DNA of 64,000 nucleotides from Octopus sinensis (taxonomy: Eukaryota), in the NCBI RefSeq assembly GCF_006345805.1, contig NC_043007.1:75082001-75146000 (forward strand), read 5' to 3'. Positions 12,073-24,636 of the stretch are shown piece by piece (positions within the stretch are counted from its first letter, which is position 1; every line of letters begins with the position of its first letter). Below the pieces are notes generated by a model. That model saw nothing but the letters and a program-made list of their open reading frames with translations, did no database searches and had not been told where the DNA came from. Position numbers and translations under genes: made by a program.

Positions 12073-12300
12073 CGTGTGTGTGTTTGTAAGGAGTTGTGTG
12101 TCTGTGTTTGTCCTAGCATTGCTTGACAACAGATGCTGGTGTTTTTATGTCCCCGTTACTTAGCGGTTCGGCAAAAGAGACCGATAGAATAAGTACAGGG
12201 CTTACAAAAGAATAAGTCCAGGGGTCGAGTTGCTCGATTAAAGGCGGTGCTCCAGCATGGCCACAGTCAAATGACTGAAACAAGTAAAAGAGTAAAAGAG
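11850..12300 (+). mobile_element. tRNA-derived SINE (family B) with internal (TA)n(TG)n
   Basis: ggcgcaggagtggctgtgtggtaagtagcttgc...gggttcagt(a/c)ccactgc...(TA)n(TG)n...gactgaaacaagtaaaagagt; copies at ~12545, 14758, 22550, 23135, 33061, 51750-52258(-), 54439. Confidence 0.85.
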
Positions 12301-12719
12301 TAAGAGTATTGTTTTGAGTTAATCATGCATTATCTTATAGTTTCATGGTTTCAATGATGCGATAGTTTATTTTTAGATTGACATTGTAGGTAGGTGTGAG
12401 AAGCCAGATCAGGGCAGTTTAAACATAAAAGAGGACTGAATATGACTGGTTCAAATGCTAAAGGGTTGAAATAGTATAGAAATTTATTGTATTAATTGCA
12501 AAACTCTGAAGTAAAATGTCAAGAATATATCAAGAATAAATTTAGGCACAGGCAGGGCTGTGTGGTAAGAAGCTTGCTTACCATCCACATGGTTCCGAGT
12601 TCAGTCCCACTGCGTGGCACCTTGGGCAAGTGTCTTCTACTATAGCTTCAGGCCGACCAAAGCCTTGTGAGTGGATTTGGTAGACAGAAACTGAAAGAAG
12701 CCCCTCGTATATATGTATA

Positions 12720-12756
<37 letters not shown>

Positions 12757-13073
12757 ATGCGTGTGTGTGCGTATGTATGTTTCTGTGTCTGTGTTTATCC
12801 CCCCAACATCGCATAACAACCAATGCTGGTGTGTTTACGTCCCCATAACTTAGCAGTTCAGCAAAAAAGACCGATAGAATAAGTACTAGACTTACAAAGA
12901 ATAAGTCCTGGGGTCGATTTGCTCGACTAAAGGCGGTGCTCGAGCATGGCCGCAGTCAAATGACTGACACAAGTAAAAGAATAAAAGATAAAAGAAAGGA
13001 TAGTATTGAATATCAAAGAATGTATTGACATTACGATGTAGATATTTTAATTGTCCATTTTCTTTCATTATAG

Positions 13074-13144
13074 GAAGAAAAATTCTTGATAGCTGAATCA
13101 GTGCCAGAAATTCCAGCTCCAGCTGGAACATCTACAAACGAAGC
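13074..13144 (+). CDS. RyR: RyR small exon (divergent region)
   Basis: cattatag|GAA...GC|gtacgt; phase 0-2; EEKFLIAESVPEIPAPAGTSTNEA; needed to bridge phase between 10229 and 13921; not in the ORF track. Confidence 0.75.
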
Positions 13145-13540
13145 GTACGTTTTCTTTCTACTTTAAAATATATGAATAATTTAAATGTCTTTTCCTTTTC
13201 AATAAACTTACACAATTATTGATTGACTCAAAGGAGTGTTTGATAAGACACATTCTGGTTGATGAGACACATGTCAAAAAACTGGTATCTCAAAATCCTT
13301 TGCACCAATGAGGAAAGTATTTTATGAATGCAGTCATAGTAAAAGGAAGAAGTTGTTCTCCTGTGACATGCACAACAGCAACCAGCATATTTACATTTGA
13401 ATCTTTTGGACCATAATTAAGTATAAATCTGCAGCTCATCATTTTAGAGCTTACTGTAAACAGTGCAAATAATGAAAATATAATATAAACAGTCAATAAT
13501 AAATCTCAGAGCGAGTTATAAACAGTAGCAACAACACATC

Positions 13541-13857
13541 GTGATGTATATTTGCCATTTAAATATGGCTAACCCCTAAGGGTGGATGCTACTATAGTTT
13601 GTAGCCTCAGGAGGACACCTCCTCCAGCTGGCTATAGACACACTTTCAGTGCCCTATCAGTATTTGCAAATACTGATAAGGCACAGAAAGTGTGTCTATA
13701 GCCAGCTGGAGGAGGTGTCCTCCTGGGGCTACAAATACTGATAGGGCACAGAAAGTGTGTCTATAGCCAGCTGGAGAAGGTGTCCTCCTGGGGCTACAAA
13801 CTACATTAGCATCCACTCTTAGGGGTTAGCCATATTTAAATGGCAAATATACGTCAC
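13541..13857. repeat. Near-perfect palindrome (fold-back MITE-like) with a 65-bp tandem duplication in the right arm
   Basis: Left arm 13541-13666 is the reverse complement of the right arm around the centre cagtatttg|caaatactg; 13668-13732 is repeated at 13733-13797. Confidence 0.9.
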
Positions 13858-13920
13858 AATATAAACAGTGATTTTCATAAATAGTATTAATCTAAAACTT
13901 TGCTGTTATTGTTTTTACAG

Positions 13921-14047
13921 AACTAATGGCACTCCAACGACCGATAGCGGCAAGGGAGAAGAGCTCGAAGGTGAAGAGGGTATTGTTGCAGGAGAGGAAG
14001 AAGTACCTTATGAAACCAAAGCATTTGATTATGGAAAATATATCCTG
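13921..14047 (+). CDS. RyR: RyR exon
   Basis: ttttacag|A...CTG|gtaatt; phase 2-0; TNGTPTTDSGKGEELEGEEGIVAGEEEVPYETKAFDYGKYIL. Confidence 0.85.
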
Positions 14048-14369
14048 GTAATTATCAATAATATTTTTTTGCAATATTGAAGGTTGTAATCTGGCAGAAT
14101 TGTTAGAACATCATCATCATCCACATCATCATTTAACATCTGTTTTTCCATGCTGGCATGAGTTGGACAGTTTGACAGGAGCTGGCAAGCCAAAGAGCTA
14201 CAATGGACTCCAATTGTCTGTTTTGGCATGGTTTATATAGCTGGATGCCCTTCCTAATACAAACCACTATGCAGAGTGTAGCGGATGCTTTTTATGTGGC
14301 ACCAACACAGGAGCTTTATATGTGGTGCCAGCATGGGATCATTTTATGTGGTACCAGCATACCAGCTTC

Positions 14370-14500
14370 TTCTACATCTTCTTCTTCTTCTTCTTCTTCT
14401 TCTTCTTCTTCTTCTTCTTCTTCTTCTTCTTCTTCTTCTTCTTCTTCTTCTTCTCCTCCTTCTCCTTCTTCTTCTTCTTCTCCTTCTTCTTCTTCTTCTT
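14370..14500. repeat. (CTT)n microsatellite
   Basis: Direct reading. Confidence 0.95.
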
Positions 14501-14724
14501 CTTTATTCCTGAGTAGAGTCTAATGACTCTCCATTTTGTAATTATTTGCATTGACTCTTGATAAACTTTTGTTTATCCTTTTGTCACCTGTGCTTGATGT
14601 ATATGGTGTCCCTGCATACCATTGCCCGGGAATAACACAGGTAACGGATACTTATTGTATACACGGATATTTTATACCTTAGTTGGTTACTACAACTGCT
14701 AACTCTCTCTCTCTCTCTCTCTCT

Positions 14725-14759
<35 letters not shown>

Positions 14760-14932
14760 CACAGGAGTGGCTGTGTAGTAAGCAGCTTGCTTACCAACCA
14801 CATGGTTCTGGGCTCAGGCCTACTGCATGACACTTTGGGCAAGTGTTTTCTACTATAGCCTCGGGCTGATCAAGGCCTTGTGGATTTGGTAGACAGAAAC
14901 TGAAAGAAGCCCGTCATATATATATATGCATG

Positions 14933-14963
<31 letters not shown>

Positions 14964-15183
14964 TTGTATATGCTTGTGTGTCTATGTTTGTCCTCCCACC
15001 CCTGCTTGACAACCAATGTTGGTGTATTTACGTCCCTGCAACTTAGTGGTTTGACAAAAGACACAAACAGAATAAGTACTAGGCTTACACAGAATAAGTC
15101 CTAGGGTCAATTTGTTTGAGCAGTGCTCCAGCATGGCTGCAGTCAAATGACTGCAACAAATAAAAGAGTAAAGGAATAAAAGA

Positions 15184-15219
<36 letters not shown>

Positions 15220-15685
15220 TATGCTCAGTATAATCTTCAGACAGATTCAGTCTGGTTCTGTTTTCTGACAAGGTTACTTCAGTAAATTAGTGGTATGGTC
15301 CATTCACTGAAACTTCCACACTGTTTCTATCAACTTCATTTCACTGTCAAGCTGTAGGTCAATCTAAGACATTGACAGAATCTACTTGTCCTTGATGCCA
15401 TGCACTGAGTCTGAACACAAGACCTCATGGTTATGGAGTGAATTTCTTAAACACTTGGCTATTTCCTGTGATCATCGAGGGAACATTAAAACATGCAACA
15501 CATATTTTAACTGAAATTTCATTAGACTCTGCTAATAATAATAATAATAAAGACCCCCTTCGGTCATGAATGACCATGGGATTGCACCTAGAAAGTTACC
15601 CTCCTAGACACAAGTCCGGCAAGGTTGTTTATGGAAGACCAGCAGTCGCCCATGCATACCAGCCTCCCCTCTCCACGCCACCAGT

Positions 15686-15722
<37 letters not shown>

Positions 15723-16074
15723 TAATAATGATAATAATAATAAGAAGAAGAAGAAGAAGAATTATTCATCCTTGTAGTTAGCTTGTGAGATTATTGGTGT
15801 GAACATGTGTGTTGACACAGATTTTGTTGTATCTTGGGAAATTTGTTAGGCCAATAATAAATACACACTAGTTCTGTTTCACTTTTTTTTTATTATTATT
15901 TATTTGTCAATTGGTTCATTATTTGCTTCAGATCTTCCTAAAACACAACAAAACGGAAGAATATTTTCATTTTCTTTAATTCTTGATACAAATTTGATAA
16001 AGTTTCGAAATTAGCAGACATAACAGAAATTAAACATTCCTACCATTAATAAACTGTTTCTCTTATCTTTGCAG

Positions 16075-16161
16075 AGTTATTTTGCAAGAAACTTTTATAA
16101 TTTCAAATACGTGGCCTTGGCTCTTGCTTTCTTCATCAACTTTATATTACTCTTTTACAAG
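16075..16161 (+). CDS. RyR: RyR exon (TM helix S1)
   Basis: ttgcag|AGT...AAG|gtatgc; SYFARNFYNFKYVALALAFFINFILLFYK. Confidence 0.97.
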
Positions 16162-16432
16162 GTATGCACATTGCTATTTTTAATCATCATTAACATTGCC
16201 TATAATTAACAATTTTTTGACTATTTATCTCACTTTTTAACATTGCTGTTATCAATAACTATTCATCAAAGTAGGGCAGCAAGCTGGCAGAATCGTTAGC
16301 AAGCTGGAATAAATGTCTTACCAATCGATTTTGTGCTAGGGATTCAACAGTGTTAGATAGAAATCCAATTATGTAGCCTTGCACTCATCAGAGGTAGCTG
16401 TTATGGAATGAAATATGGTGATTGCATATATA

Positions 16433-16826
16433 CTAGCAGTATCGCCCGGCGTTGCTCGGGTTTGTTTCAACCCTTTAGAATTGGAATTTTTGAAAAGTAA
16501 AACTTTTGCATTATGTAGCTTGTTATTCTCTTTAAGTGAACATTTTTCTGGTTGAAATACACCTAAAAATGGCGACACAGCAGTCAAAAAATCGTTAAAA
16601 AAATAGGGATTTTCATAGAAAAAAGCACCTTTTTGATGTAAATAATTTTTGGTCTTAACATGGTCCGATTTGAATTTTATCTTTTACGGAATAAAGAGTA
16701 AACCTTCTTCTATCATACTCTCAATTTTGGTCAACTTGCGCCACAGGGTCTCGGAGGAGATGGTGTTAGTTGAAGGCTACTAAACGTGCCACACACAGAC
16801 AACTTCAGCTTTATATATATATATGA
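16433..16826 (-). mobile_element. Non-autonomous Helitron (~395 bp)
   Basis: Reverse-complement copy of 53148-53543; 3' hairpin CCCGAGCAACGCCGGG followed by CTAG|T. Confidence 0.8.
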
Positions 16827-16908
16827 GGTAGTAATGTATATTTGTGAAATAGTTACCAATAAATATATTGTAATCTTTATACCACTAAATGTAAATGTAT
16901 TGTTTCAG

Positions 16909-17280
16909 GTGAACAAGGTAACTCAGGCTATGGTTGGAGGAGAGGAGGAAAGCACTGGAAGTAATGGAACATCTGACGATGATGATGCTGAAGAGGTTGT
17001 GATGATGGAAGAAGATGTGGACTATTTGTTACCAGTTTTAGAAGTGTTAGCAGTATTACATTCAATAGCCTCCTTCTCAATGTTGGTGGCTTATTATTGC
17101 CTCAAAGTGCCTTTAGTAATCTTTAAACGAGAAAAAGAAATTGCTCGTAAACTAGAATTTGAGGGCTTGTATATCGCTGAACAACCTGATGAAGATGATA
17201 TTAAAGCTCAATGGGATAAGCTTGTCTTAAGTACGGGCTCCTTCCCTCAGAGCTACTGGGATAAATTCGTCAAAAAGAAG
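16909..17280 (+). CDS. RyR: RyR exon (S1-S2 loop, S2, S2-S3 loop)
   Basis: tttcag|GTG...AAG|gtaagt; 372 nt; ...[37 protein letters not shown]...[14 protein letters not shown]; a second in-frame AG ends at 16917. Confidence 0.96.
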
Positions 17281-18060
17281 GTAAGTTTAAGGCTATGATG
17301 AAAAATTCAGAATGTCATTAACAAATAATAAACAGCCATAGAAAATCTTTTTAAGCTTTTTTACTGGTTAACTGAACTTAAATATCGATTAGAATGTATT
17401 TTCAGCTCAGAAAAAATTCAAAATTTTCTTGGTAATTCAGTAATGTTTAAAAAATAGAAACAAATATTTAAATTTTATTTGGCAGACATGGTAGGGTCTT
17501 TTGGGATTCTGTTTTCATTTTTTTCATAGTGTAAAACTAATTATAAAAGTTATTTAAGATCATCAAAACAATCATCAAGCTCAGCTGAAGCAATCTTGTT
17601 TGGTTTATCAACTTGAGATCCATCATTTTAAAAATATCAGAATCACAAAATACAGAACACATTCAGAATGCCTAAATGCTTACACAGTATACTCAAAATA
17701 GAGACAATCCCACCAGCCCATCACTAAAATACCAATTAAAAAATAAAGCTCAACACTGCCAATCAACCCTTTCAAACATGCTAAGCATATTCCTTAAATG
17801 TCAGGTTAAAATTTTCTTCCAGAAAAAAGACCCACACATACATACGTACACAGGCACACACACACACACAGAGTCGGACAGTTTTTCATAAGTCAAAAAA
17901 AAAAGCACACTCAAAAATACTTTTTTCTTTTGAGCAATCATATTTAATGTAGTTGTTGATTATGGCCAGTCAGTAAGTTATCATTGTTAAGAACAATAAT
18001 AGACAGGAAACCAATTGTAAACTTTCTCACCAACAATAACAGACATTTATATAAAATATA

Positions 18061-18379
18061 TGAGCAAAACGCCCCCCCACCCCCGTCTAATGGACAGTGC
18101 TGAGTTGTCAAACATTTAAACCAAATTTTCTCAAAACAACTTGTCCGACCATCCCATAGAGAAACACTGATTTAACCTATATTTGAGACACCAGCAAAAG
18201 ACAGTTTTCGACTGATGTACTTGAGCATACAAATGCACATTCCCACGGCTTTATCAATCACATTCTCACCTGGAATCGATTTTGTAATTTTTTCAAGACT
18301 TATACACCCCATAATACCGTCGGTTTCTACATATCAAATTTGAGTGCAATCTGATGGAGGATGCGCAAGATCCTAGAAG

Positions 18380-18411
<32 letters not shown>

Positions 18412-18429
18412 CGGATTTTATATAATAGA
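18061..18429 (-). mobile_element. Non-autonomous Helitron-like element
   Basis: A|TC start, internal (TG)n, CTCA|T end; homologous to 6643-6990. Confidence 0.55.
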
Positions 18430-18615
18430 TTATTTTAAAAGTTTTTGCAAAAAATACTTGATACTGTCACAGATGAAAATTATTAATAATAAAAAATAAT
18501 CTGAAAAAAATACAAACCTTTTGGAAGGCATTTTCCGTATTGTGTGTAAGCACTTCCATTGTTAATTTTTTGAAATGCACATGTATTTACCTTGATGAAT
18601 GTGTTACTGTTGTAG

Positions 18616-18737
18616 GTCAGACTACGATATGCTGAACAGTATGATTATGAAAGCATCAGTAATCTGCTAGGTATGAAGAAAGGAGATTCAATAACCATAG
18701 AAGATACAGTTGAGCATACTGGAATGTTGCCAGCTTT
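18616..18737 (+). CDS. RyR: RyR exon
   Basis: tgtag|GTC...TT|gtaagt; phase 0-2; VRLRYAEQYDYESISNLLGMKKGDSITIEDTVEHTGMLPA. Confidence 0.93.
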
Positions 18738-18889
18738 GTAAGTACTCACTTTTCTTGGTTTTTATATCTCTTAAGTCATTGTCACAAAATTATGTTCATA
18801 GCAGCTAGTGGAATGCCTTCAACATCTCCCAATAGCTCACTGCTGCTTTGTATAAAATATTCAAATAATTTTACTTTTGTAGTAAAAGT

Positions 18890-19130
18890 GGAGGCGCGTG
18901 GCTTAGTGGTTAGGGTGTCAGCATCATGATCGTAAGATTGCAATTTCGATTCCTGGACCGGGCGACACGTTGTGTTCTTGAGCAAAACACTTCATTTCAC
19001 ATTTCTCCAGTCCACTCAGCTGGCAAAATGAGCAACGCTGCGATGGACTGGTGTCCCATCCAGCTGGGGAAGACATACGCCATTGAAACCGGGAAACCGG
19101 GCCTATGAGGCTGGCTAGGCTTTGAAAGGG
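18890..19130 (+). mobile_element. tRNA-derived SINE (family C)
   Basis: ggaggcgcgtggcttagtggttagggtgtcagc...tttcgattcctggacc; near-identical copy at 60176-60420; diverged copies at ~3483, 31750(-), 51370. Confidence 0.8.
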
Positions 19131-19550
19131 CATATTTATTATTTTTTTTTTTTTTGTGTGGTAAAAGGTAAAGGCCTGTGGCCTAGTGGTTAGGTTTTTG
19201 CCCTCACAATTTCAAGATTATGATTTTGATTCCTAGACAAGGTGATGCATTGTGTTCTTGAGCAAAGCATTTCATCATGCCTTGCTTCAGTCTGCTGAGC
19301 TTTAATGAGTAAACCTGCTAGAGGCTAGCATCTTATTCAGAGGGAATGATGTGATCTTGGTCACTTAAACACCATGGAAACCAGATAACTGGCTCTATGA
19401 GTTCAGGGCATTAAGACAGTCATTTTCAAATGATGATGATAAAGATATAGTAAAAGTAACAATTAAACTAATTAAATTGGAAACTTTACACAACTTTATT
19501 GACCCATCAGTTTTACTTGATTGTTTGTCTGTTATTTTATCTTTTCTCAG

Positions 19551-19611
19551 TCTCTCAAATATGGATTGGCAATATCAACTTTGGAAATGGGGTGTCATTT
19601 TTACTGATAAT
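19551..19611 (+). CDS. RyR: RyR exon
   Basis: ctcag|T...AAT|gtaagt; phase 2-0; LSNMDWQYQLWKWGVIFTDN. Confidence 0.96.
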
Positions 19612-19851
19612 GTAAGTTGAAAGAAGCCTTTTTTCTGTTTTGTGGGAAATTTATTTCCTTTCTAGTAAATAAGTAAATTTGAAAGTCAGCAAAATGCTTC
19701 TGTGGTCTGAGTTTGTTTTTTATATATATGCTATTTTTGTAACATCAAACTGGAAACATGTCTATAAGACATACAAATGTATGTGTTAAACATTTCTATA
19801 ACACATACTCCAATTGTTACCACATTCGTTATTTTCTTTTTCTTTTACTTC

Positions 19852-20078
19852 TTAACCTTTTCATTACCAACCCGGCTGAAACTGGCTCTGGCTCTGAGTA
19901 CAAATGTCTTGTTTTCATAAGTTTTGAATTAAAATTTCCCACCAAACTTTAGTCACAATTTATGTTCCTAACGCTAGCTGAATTATAACCAAGTTATTTT
20001 ACTAAATTCTTTGTTATATTTAAAAATGATTGAAAGAAACAGAGTATCTCAAAATAAATACAGTAACGAAAGGGTTAA
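19852..20078. mobile_element. piggyBac-like MITE
   Basis: TTAA|CCTTTTCATTAC...GTAACGAAAGGG|TTAA; related TTAACCCTTTAGC-type elements at ~11640-11840, 12315-12470, 29790-30010, 38620-39050. Confidence 0.65.
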
Positions 20079-20877
20079 AGAGAAACAGCTTTCTCTTAAT
20101 TGCTTTATTTTAATTTTCTATGTCATGTAAGTTTTATGGAATTGAAACTTGAAAAATTTGTCTTCTCTGAAACAAATGAGTAAAATGTTGATGTAACTTT
20201 TGAAATGGCTGCTAAAACAGAAATTATTGACAAAAAAAAAGTTCTAGATTGATATCAGTCTAAGAATAAAGTGAGCCTTTTTACTGTGGTGAGGAGTAAA
20301 ATGATGAAAGTGTGGAGACGCAATGGCCCAGTGGTTAGGGCAACGGACTCGCGGTCATAGGATCGCGGTTTCGATTCCCAGATCGGGTGTTGTGAGTGTT
20401 TATTGAGTGAAAACACCTAAAGCTCCACGAGGCTCCGGCAGGGATGGTGGTGATCCCTGCTGTACTCTTTCGCCACAACTTTCTCTCACTCTTACTTCCT
20501 ATTTCTGTTGTACCTGTATTTCAAAGGGCCGGCCTTGACATTCTCTGTGTCATGCTGAATATCCCCGAGAACTACGTTAAGGGTACATATGTCTGTGAAG
20601 TGCTCAGCCACTTACTCGTTAATTTCACGAGCAGGCTGTTCCATTGATCAGATCAACCGGAACCCTCGTCATCATAACCGACAGAGTGCTTCCATCCAAA
20701 ATGATGAAAATCAATGTTAGGGAGAAAAAAATATTTTAATTACATTGGAAATTTAAATCATTGGTAGAGGGAGGAGTAAGAAGGAAAGAAGAAGAAGTCA
20801 AACATTATAGATATACCAAAAATGGAAATGAATAAGTGAGAAAACGTGGATATATGTTTTGTGAACAATCTTCTAGG

Positions 20878-21048
20878 TTTAGGAATGGTTATGTTGCCAG
20901 TTTAGCCAATAAAAACACACGCACTATATATTTGGTGTTAATTTGCTTCAGCTTTATTTATTTTTTACATTAATCTTAATCTTATTTCGGCCAAATATAT
21001 AGTGCGTTTATTTTTATTGGCTAAACTGGCAATATGGCCATTCCTAAA
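20878..21048. mobile_element. MITE with ~58-bp terminal inverted repeats
   Basis: tttaggaatggttatgttgccagtttagccaataaaaa...gcactatatatttgg versus ccaaatatatagtgcg...ttattggctaaactggcaatatggccattcctaaa. Confidence 0.7.
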
Positions 21049-21858
21049 TACAACATCTGTTTCAACACACGATTTCACATCAAGAATGTTGCAAAACAAA
21101 TATATAAATGTAACTTCTAGGTTTAGTTTTAAATATTGTTAAAGGAAGTAGTCCAAATCCATTCCTAATAGAGAAGCTGTAGAATAAATTTAAAGTAAAT
21201 TTGAGTGATGGTGATTGGTTGGAGTTTTTCATCTTTAAAGGGAAATGTCAGTTTGAAAGTATGTGAATTTTTCCGCATATGATTAAAAGTTTTTTTATTT
21301 CTTCTTCCCATTTTGGAGTGGGACATGGCTAGGTTTAAGATTTTCCTACATGACTAATTCTTCATGAACAACTTAAATTTTATTTCTGCTGTATTAAAGC
21401 ATGCCATGAGATGTAAAAGGATGTTAAGTTTGTCACCTTATCTTTCATGGATATCTGTGCTCTGGGAAATGACCAGTGGCTGAAACAATGGAAGAAAGGA
21501 AAAATTATATAAGATAAAATTTTAAAACCTAAATATTCTGTACATTCCCTCCAGAATGCATTTTAATATTTTTTGAATAAAGAATTATATTGTAAATTAG
21601 AAATAAATTATTTACTCTAACAACATTTAAAACTAAACCAGGATTATCATTCTTGGAATTATGTCCTTTGTCATTTTTCATTCCAACTTCTGCAAACATT
21701 CTCTGACTGATCTCTTTTTCTTTCCTCTCCAGGTAATTTAAATAGTCTCTTTTTTTTTTCTTCATTTATTTTAAGAAATTACATGGAAAATGTAATTCTT
21801 TTCATACAGTATAAAAGCTTATTAACTTATAAATCATTCTATTTTTGTCTTCCTCTAG

Positions 21859-22005
21859 TCATTCCTGTACATTCTGTGGTATTTCACCTTCTCTGTGCTG
21901 GGCAATTTTAACCACTTCTTCTTTGCTGCTCATCTAATTGATGTTGCTATTGGATTCAAAACTTTGAGAACTATTTTGCAATCCGTTACACACAATGGAA
22001 AACAG
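21859..22005 (+). CDS. RyR: RyR exon (S3, S4, S4-S5 linker)
   Basis: ctctag|TCA...CAG|gtaaat; [49 protein letters not shown]. Confidence 0.97.
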
Positions 22006-23294
22006 GTAAATGGAACTTTTTACTAAATGGAAATTCTTATGGCAAATTATTGTTGACCTAAATTCTATATACTAAATGAAAAATTTAGTTGTTGTCATTT
22101 CTGCCCACCCCATTACTCAGATTTTAGTGAAACCCAATCAGTTGTTGACCTCAAATCTGTATAAATTTCTATTGCAAAATATAATTTGTAGCTACACACA
22201 CACACACACACACAACACACAGATGACGTGTTAAAACAGCTGTAATCAATTGACCTGATTATAATAAATATTTCTTGCAATGTCAAAGCTGACTGGCAGG
22301 ATTTTAATTCAATCATTAATCAATGAAATTAATTACTATTCAGCATGTTATCATCTGTGCCTTTCTTACAGATCTGATAGTGATGTCTCAATAAATTGTA
22401 TGAAGATAATAGTAATAATAATAATAGTTTTAAATTTTGGTGCATAACCAGTAATTTTAGGGAGTGGAAGTTAGTTGCACGATAATGTATTTTATGATTT
22501 AAGTTTGCATTTTTCAAAACAACTCAGTATTGAAGTGAAAGAAAGGAAGAGGCATGGCTGTGTAGTAAGAAGCATGCTTCCCAACCACATGTTTCGTGGT
22601 GTGTGTGTGTGCGCGCACGCGCGTGTGTGTGTCTGTGTGTCTGTGTGTCTGTGTGTGTGTGCGTGTGTGTGTGCGTGTGTGTGTGTGTGTGTGCATATGT
22701 GCGTGTGCATCTTTGTGTCTGTGTTTGTCCCCCAGCACCACTTGACAACTGGTGTTGGTGTGTTTACATCCCTGTAACTTAGCAGTTCAGAAAAATGTGA
22801 CTGATAGAATAAGAATAAGTCCCAGACTTTAAAAGCAAAATACACACTGGGGGTGAGTCATTCAGCTAAAAATTCTTCAAAGCAGTGCCCCAGCATGACC
22901 ACAGTCTAACAACTGAACAAGTAAAGGCAAAAAAAGTAAAAGAAAGGGTTCATATTGTATATTTGAAAGGATTAATAAAGTTTGTTAATTAGCTATCACT
23001 AATCATACTCATGCAACATCTTACAAGAAACAAAAATAATTCTAAAAATGTTTTCCCAATGCAGCATCACAAGCAAGCTCATGAGTTGTTGAGAAAAGAA
23101 AGATATTTCATATATGAAATAAAATCAATAGAAGTGACTGTGTGATAAGTAGCTTGCTTACCAACCACATGGTTCCGGGTTCAGTCCCACTGTGTGGCAC
23201 CATGGGCAAGTGTCTTCTGCTATAGCCTCGGGCTGACCAAAGCCTTGTGAGTGGATTTGGTAGACAGAAACTGAAAGAAGCCCGTCGTATATAT

Positions 23295-23328
<34 letters not shown>

Positions 23329-24070
23329 ATTTGTGTGTATGTGTTTGTCCCCACCAACATCGCTTGACAACCGATGCTGGTGTGTTTACGTCCCCGTAAC
23401 TTAGTGGTTTGGCAAAAGAGACCAATAGAATAAGTACTAGGCTTACAAAGAATAAGTCCTGGGGTTAATTTGCTCGACTAAAGGCAGCGCTCCAGCTTGG
23501 CCACAGTCAAATGACTGAAACAAGTAAAAGAGTAAAGAGTATAAAAAATCTTAAGAAAAACAGTGAAGATTATTTAGACAACAGAGTAGTGCCCCAGCAC
23601 AGCGGTGGTGCCCCAGCATGGCCGCAGCCTTCGGGCTATAACATTTTTAAGGATTTAAGGATTTAAATTGAGAATGTACTTGAAAAAAAAAATGTTAAGA
23701 GTATTTTTAAAGCTTGAATTGGACAGTTGATAAACAGTTACTTAGCTGGGGATGGCAAGGGGCTAGTCAGCACAGGGCAACACTTTTATGATGGTGGAAC
23801 TTTGGGGTCTGCTGTATAAGCCAGTGATGAGTTATATTGAAATATAGGGGCACAGGCAACAAACCTAAAAGGTAACTCATGAGCACACATTCTAGCTATA
23901 TTAAAGTTGATAAGACTTCTAATGATGATGGTTGAATAATTTCTAAGTTTCAATTGGTATAAAATTATGAAACATGAATTAAAATATGACTGAAAATTAT
24001 TATTAAAATGCAAAACATATATATTTGGAGATGGTCATACTTCTTGTCAATTAAACACACACACAATATA

Positions 24071-24636
24071 TTGGGTTGTCCGGAAAGTTTGTGCTGATTT
24101 TAAAGGAAAGAAAAAGGTCAATAAATACTTGCCATTACATTTTTAATCAACCAAATATGAACAATTTTGTTGCACAATGCATCTCCATCTTTCCTTTAAC
24201 TTGAAAATACCCTCTTCTCAGAATTGAGGTGGTTTCATGGCAAAGAATTCATCAAGGTATCTTTTTACGTCATCCAAGGAATTCAAATTTTTATCATTAA
24301 GACTATTCTGCAGAGACCTGAATAAGTGGAAATCCAATGGAACAATATCTGGTGAACATGGAGGGTGGGATAACACATCACAGCCAAGCTGCAGCAATTT
24401 TTGTCTGGTTCCCAAAGCATCAAGTGCTGAAAATGAACTTTCTTATCTTCCAATTTTAAAGGGTTACAGAATTAACACAGGTTATAAGAACATAAACCTT
24501 CTTCCACTAAAAGATAGCTTAAACTGTGCTCTAAATGGAGGTATAGTAAGATCCTATTTTATGGACTCAACCATGTTCTAAAATAAGTCGAAATATAAGC
24601 TACTATAAATCGGCACGAACACTCCAGACAACCCAA
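24071..24636 (-). mobile_element. Internally deleted mariner element (~565 bp)
   Basis: TA-flanked TIRs TTGGGTTGTCCGGAAAGT...CAGACAACCCAA; encodes QKLLQLGCDVLSHPPCSPDIVPLDFHLFRSLQNSL (C-terminal transposase, YSPDL-type motif). Confidence 0.9.
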
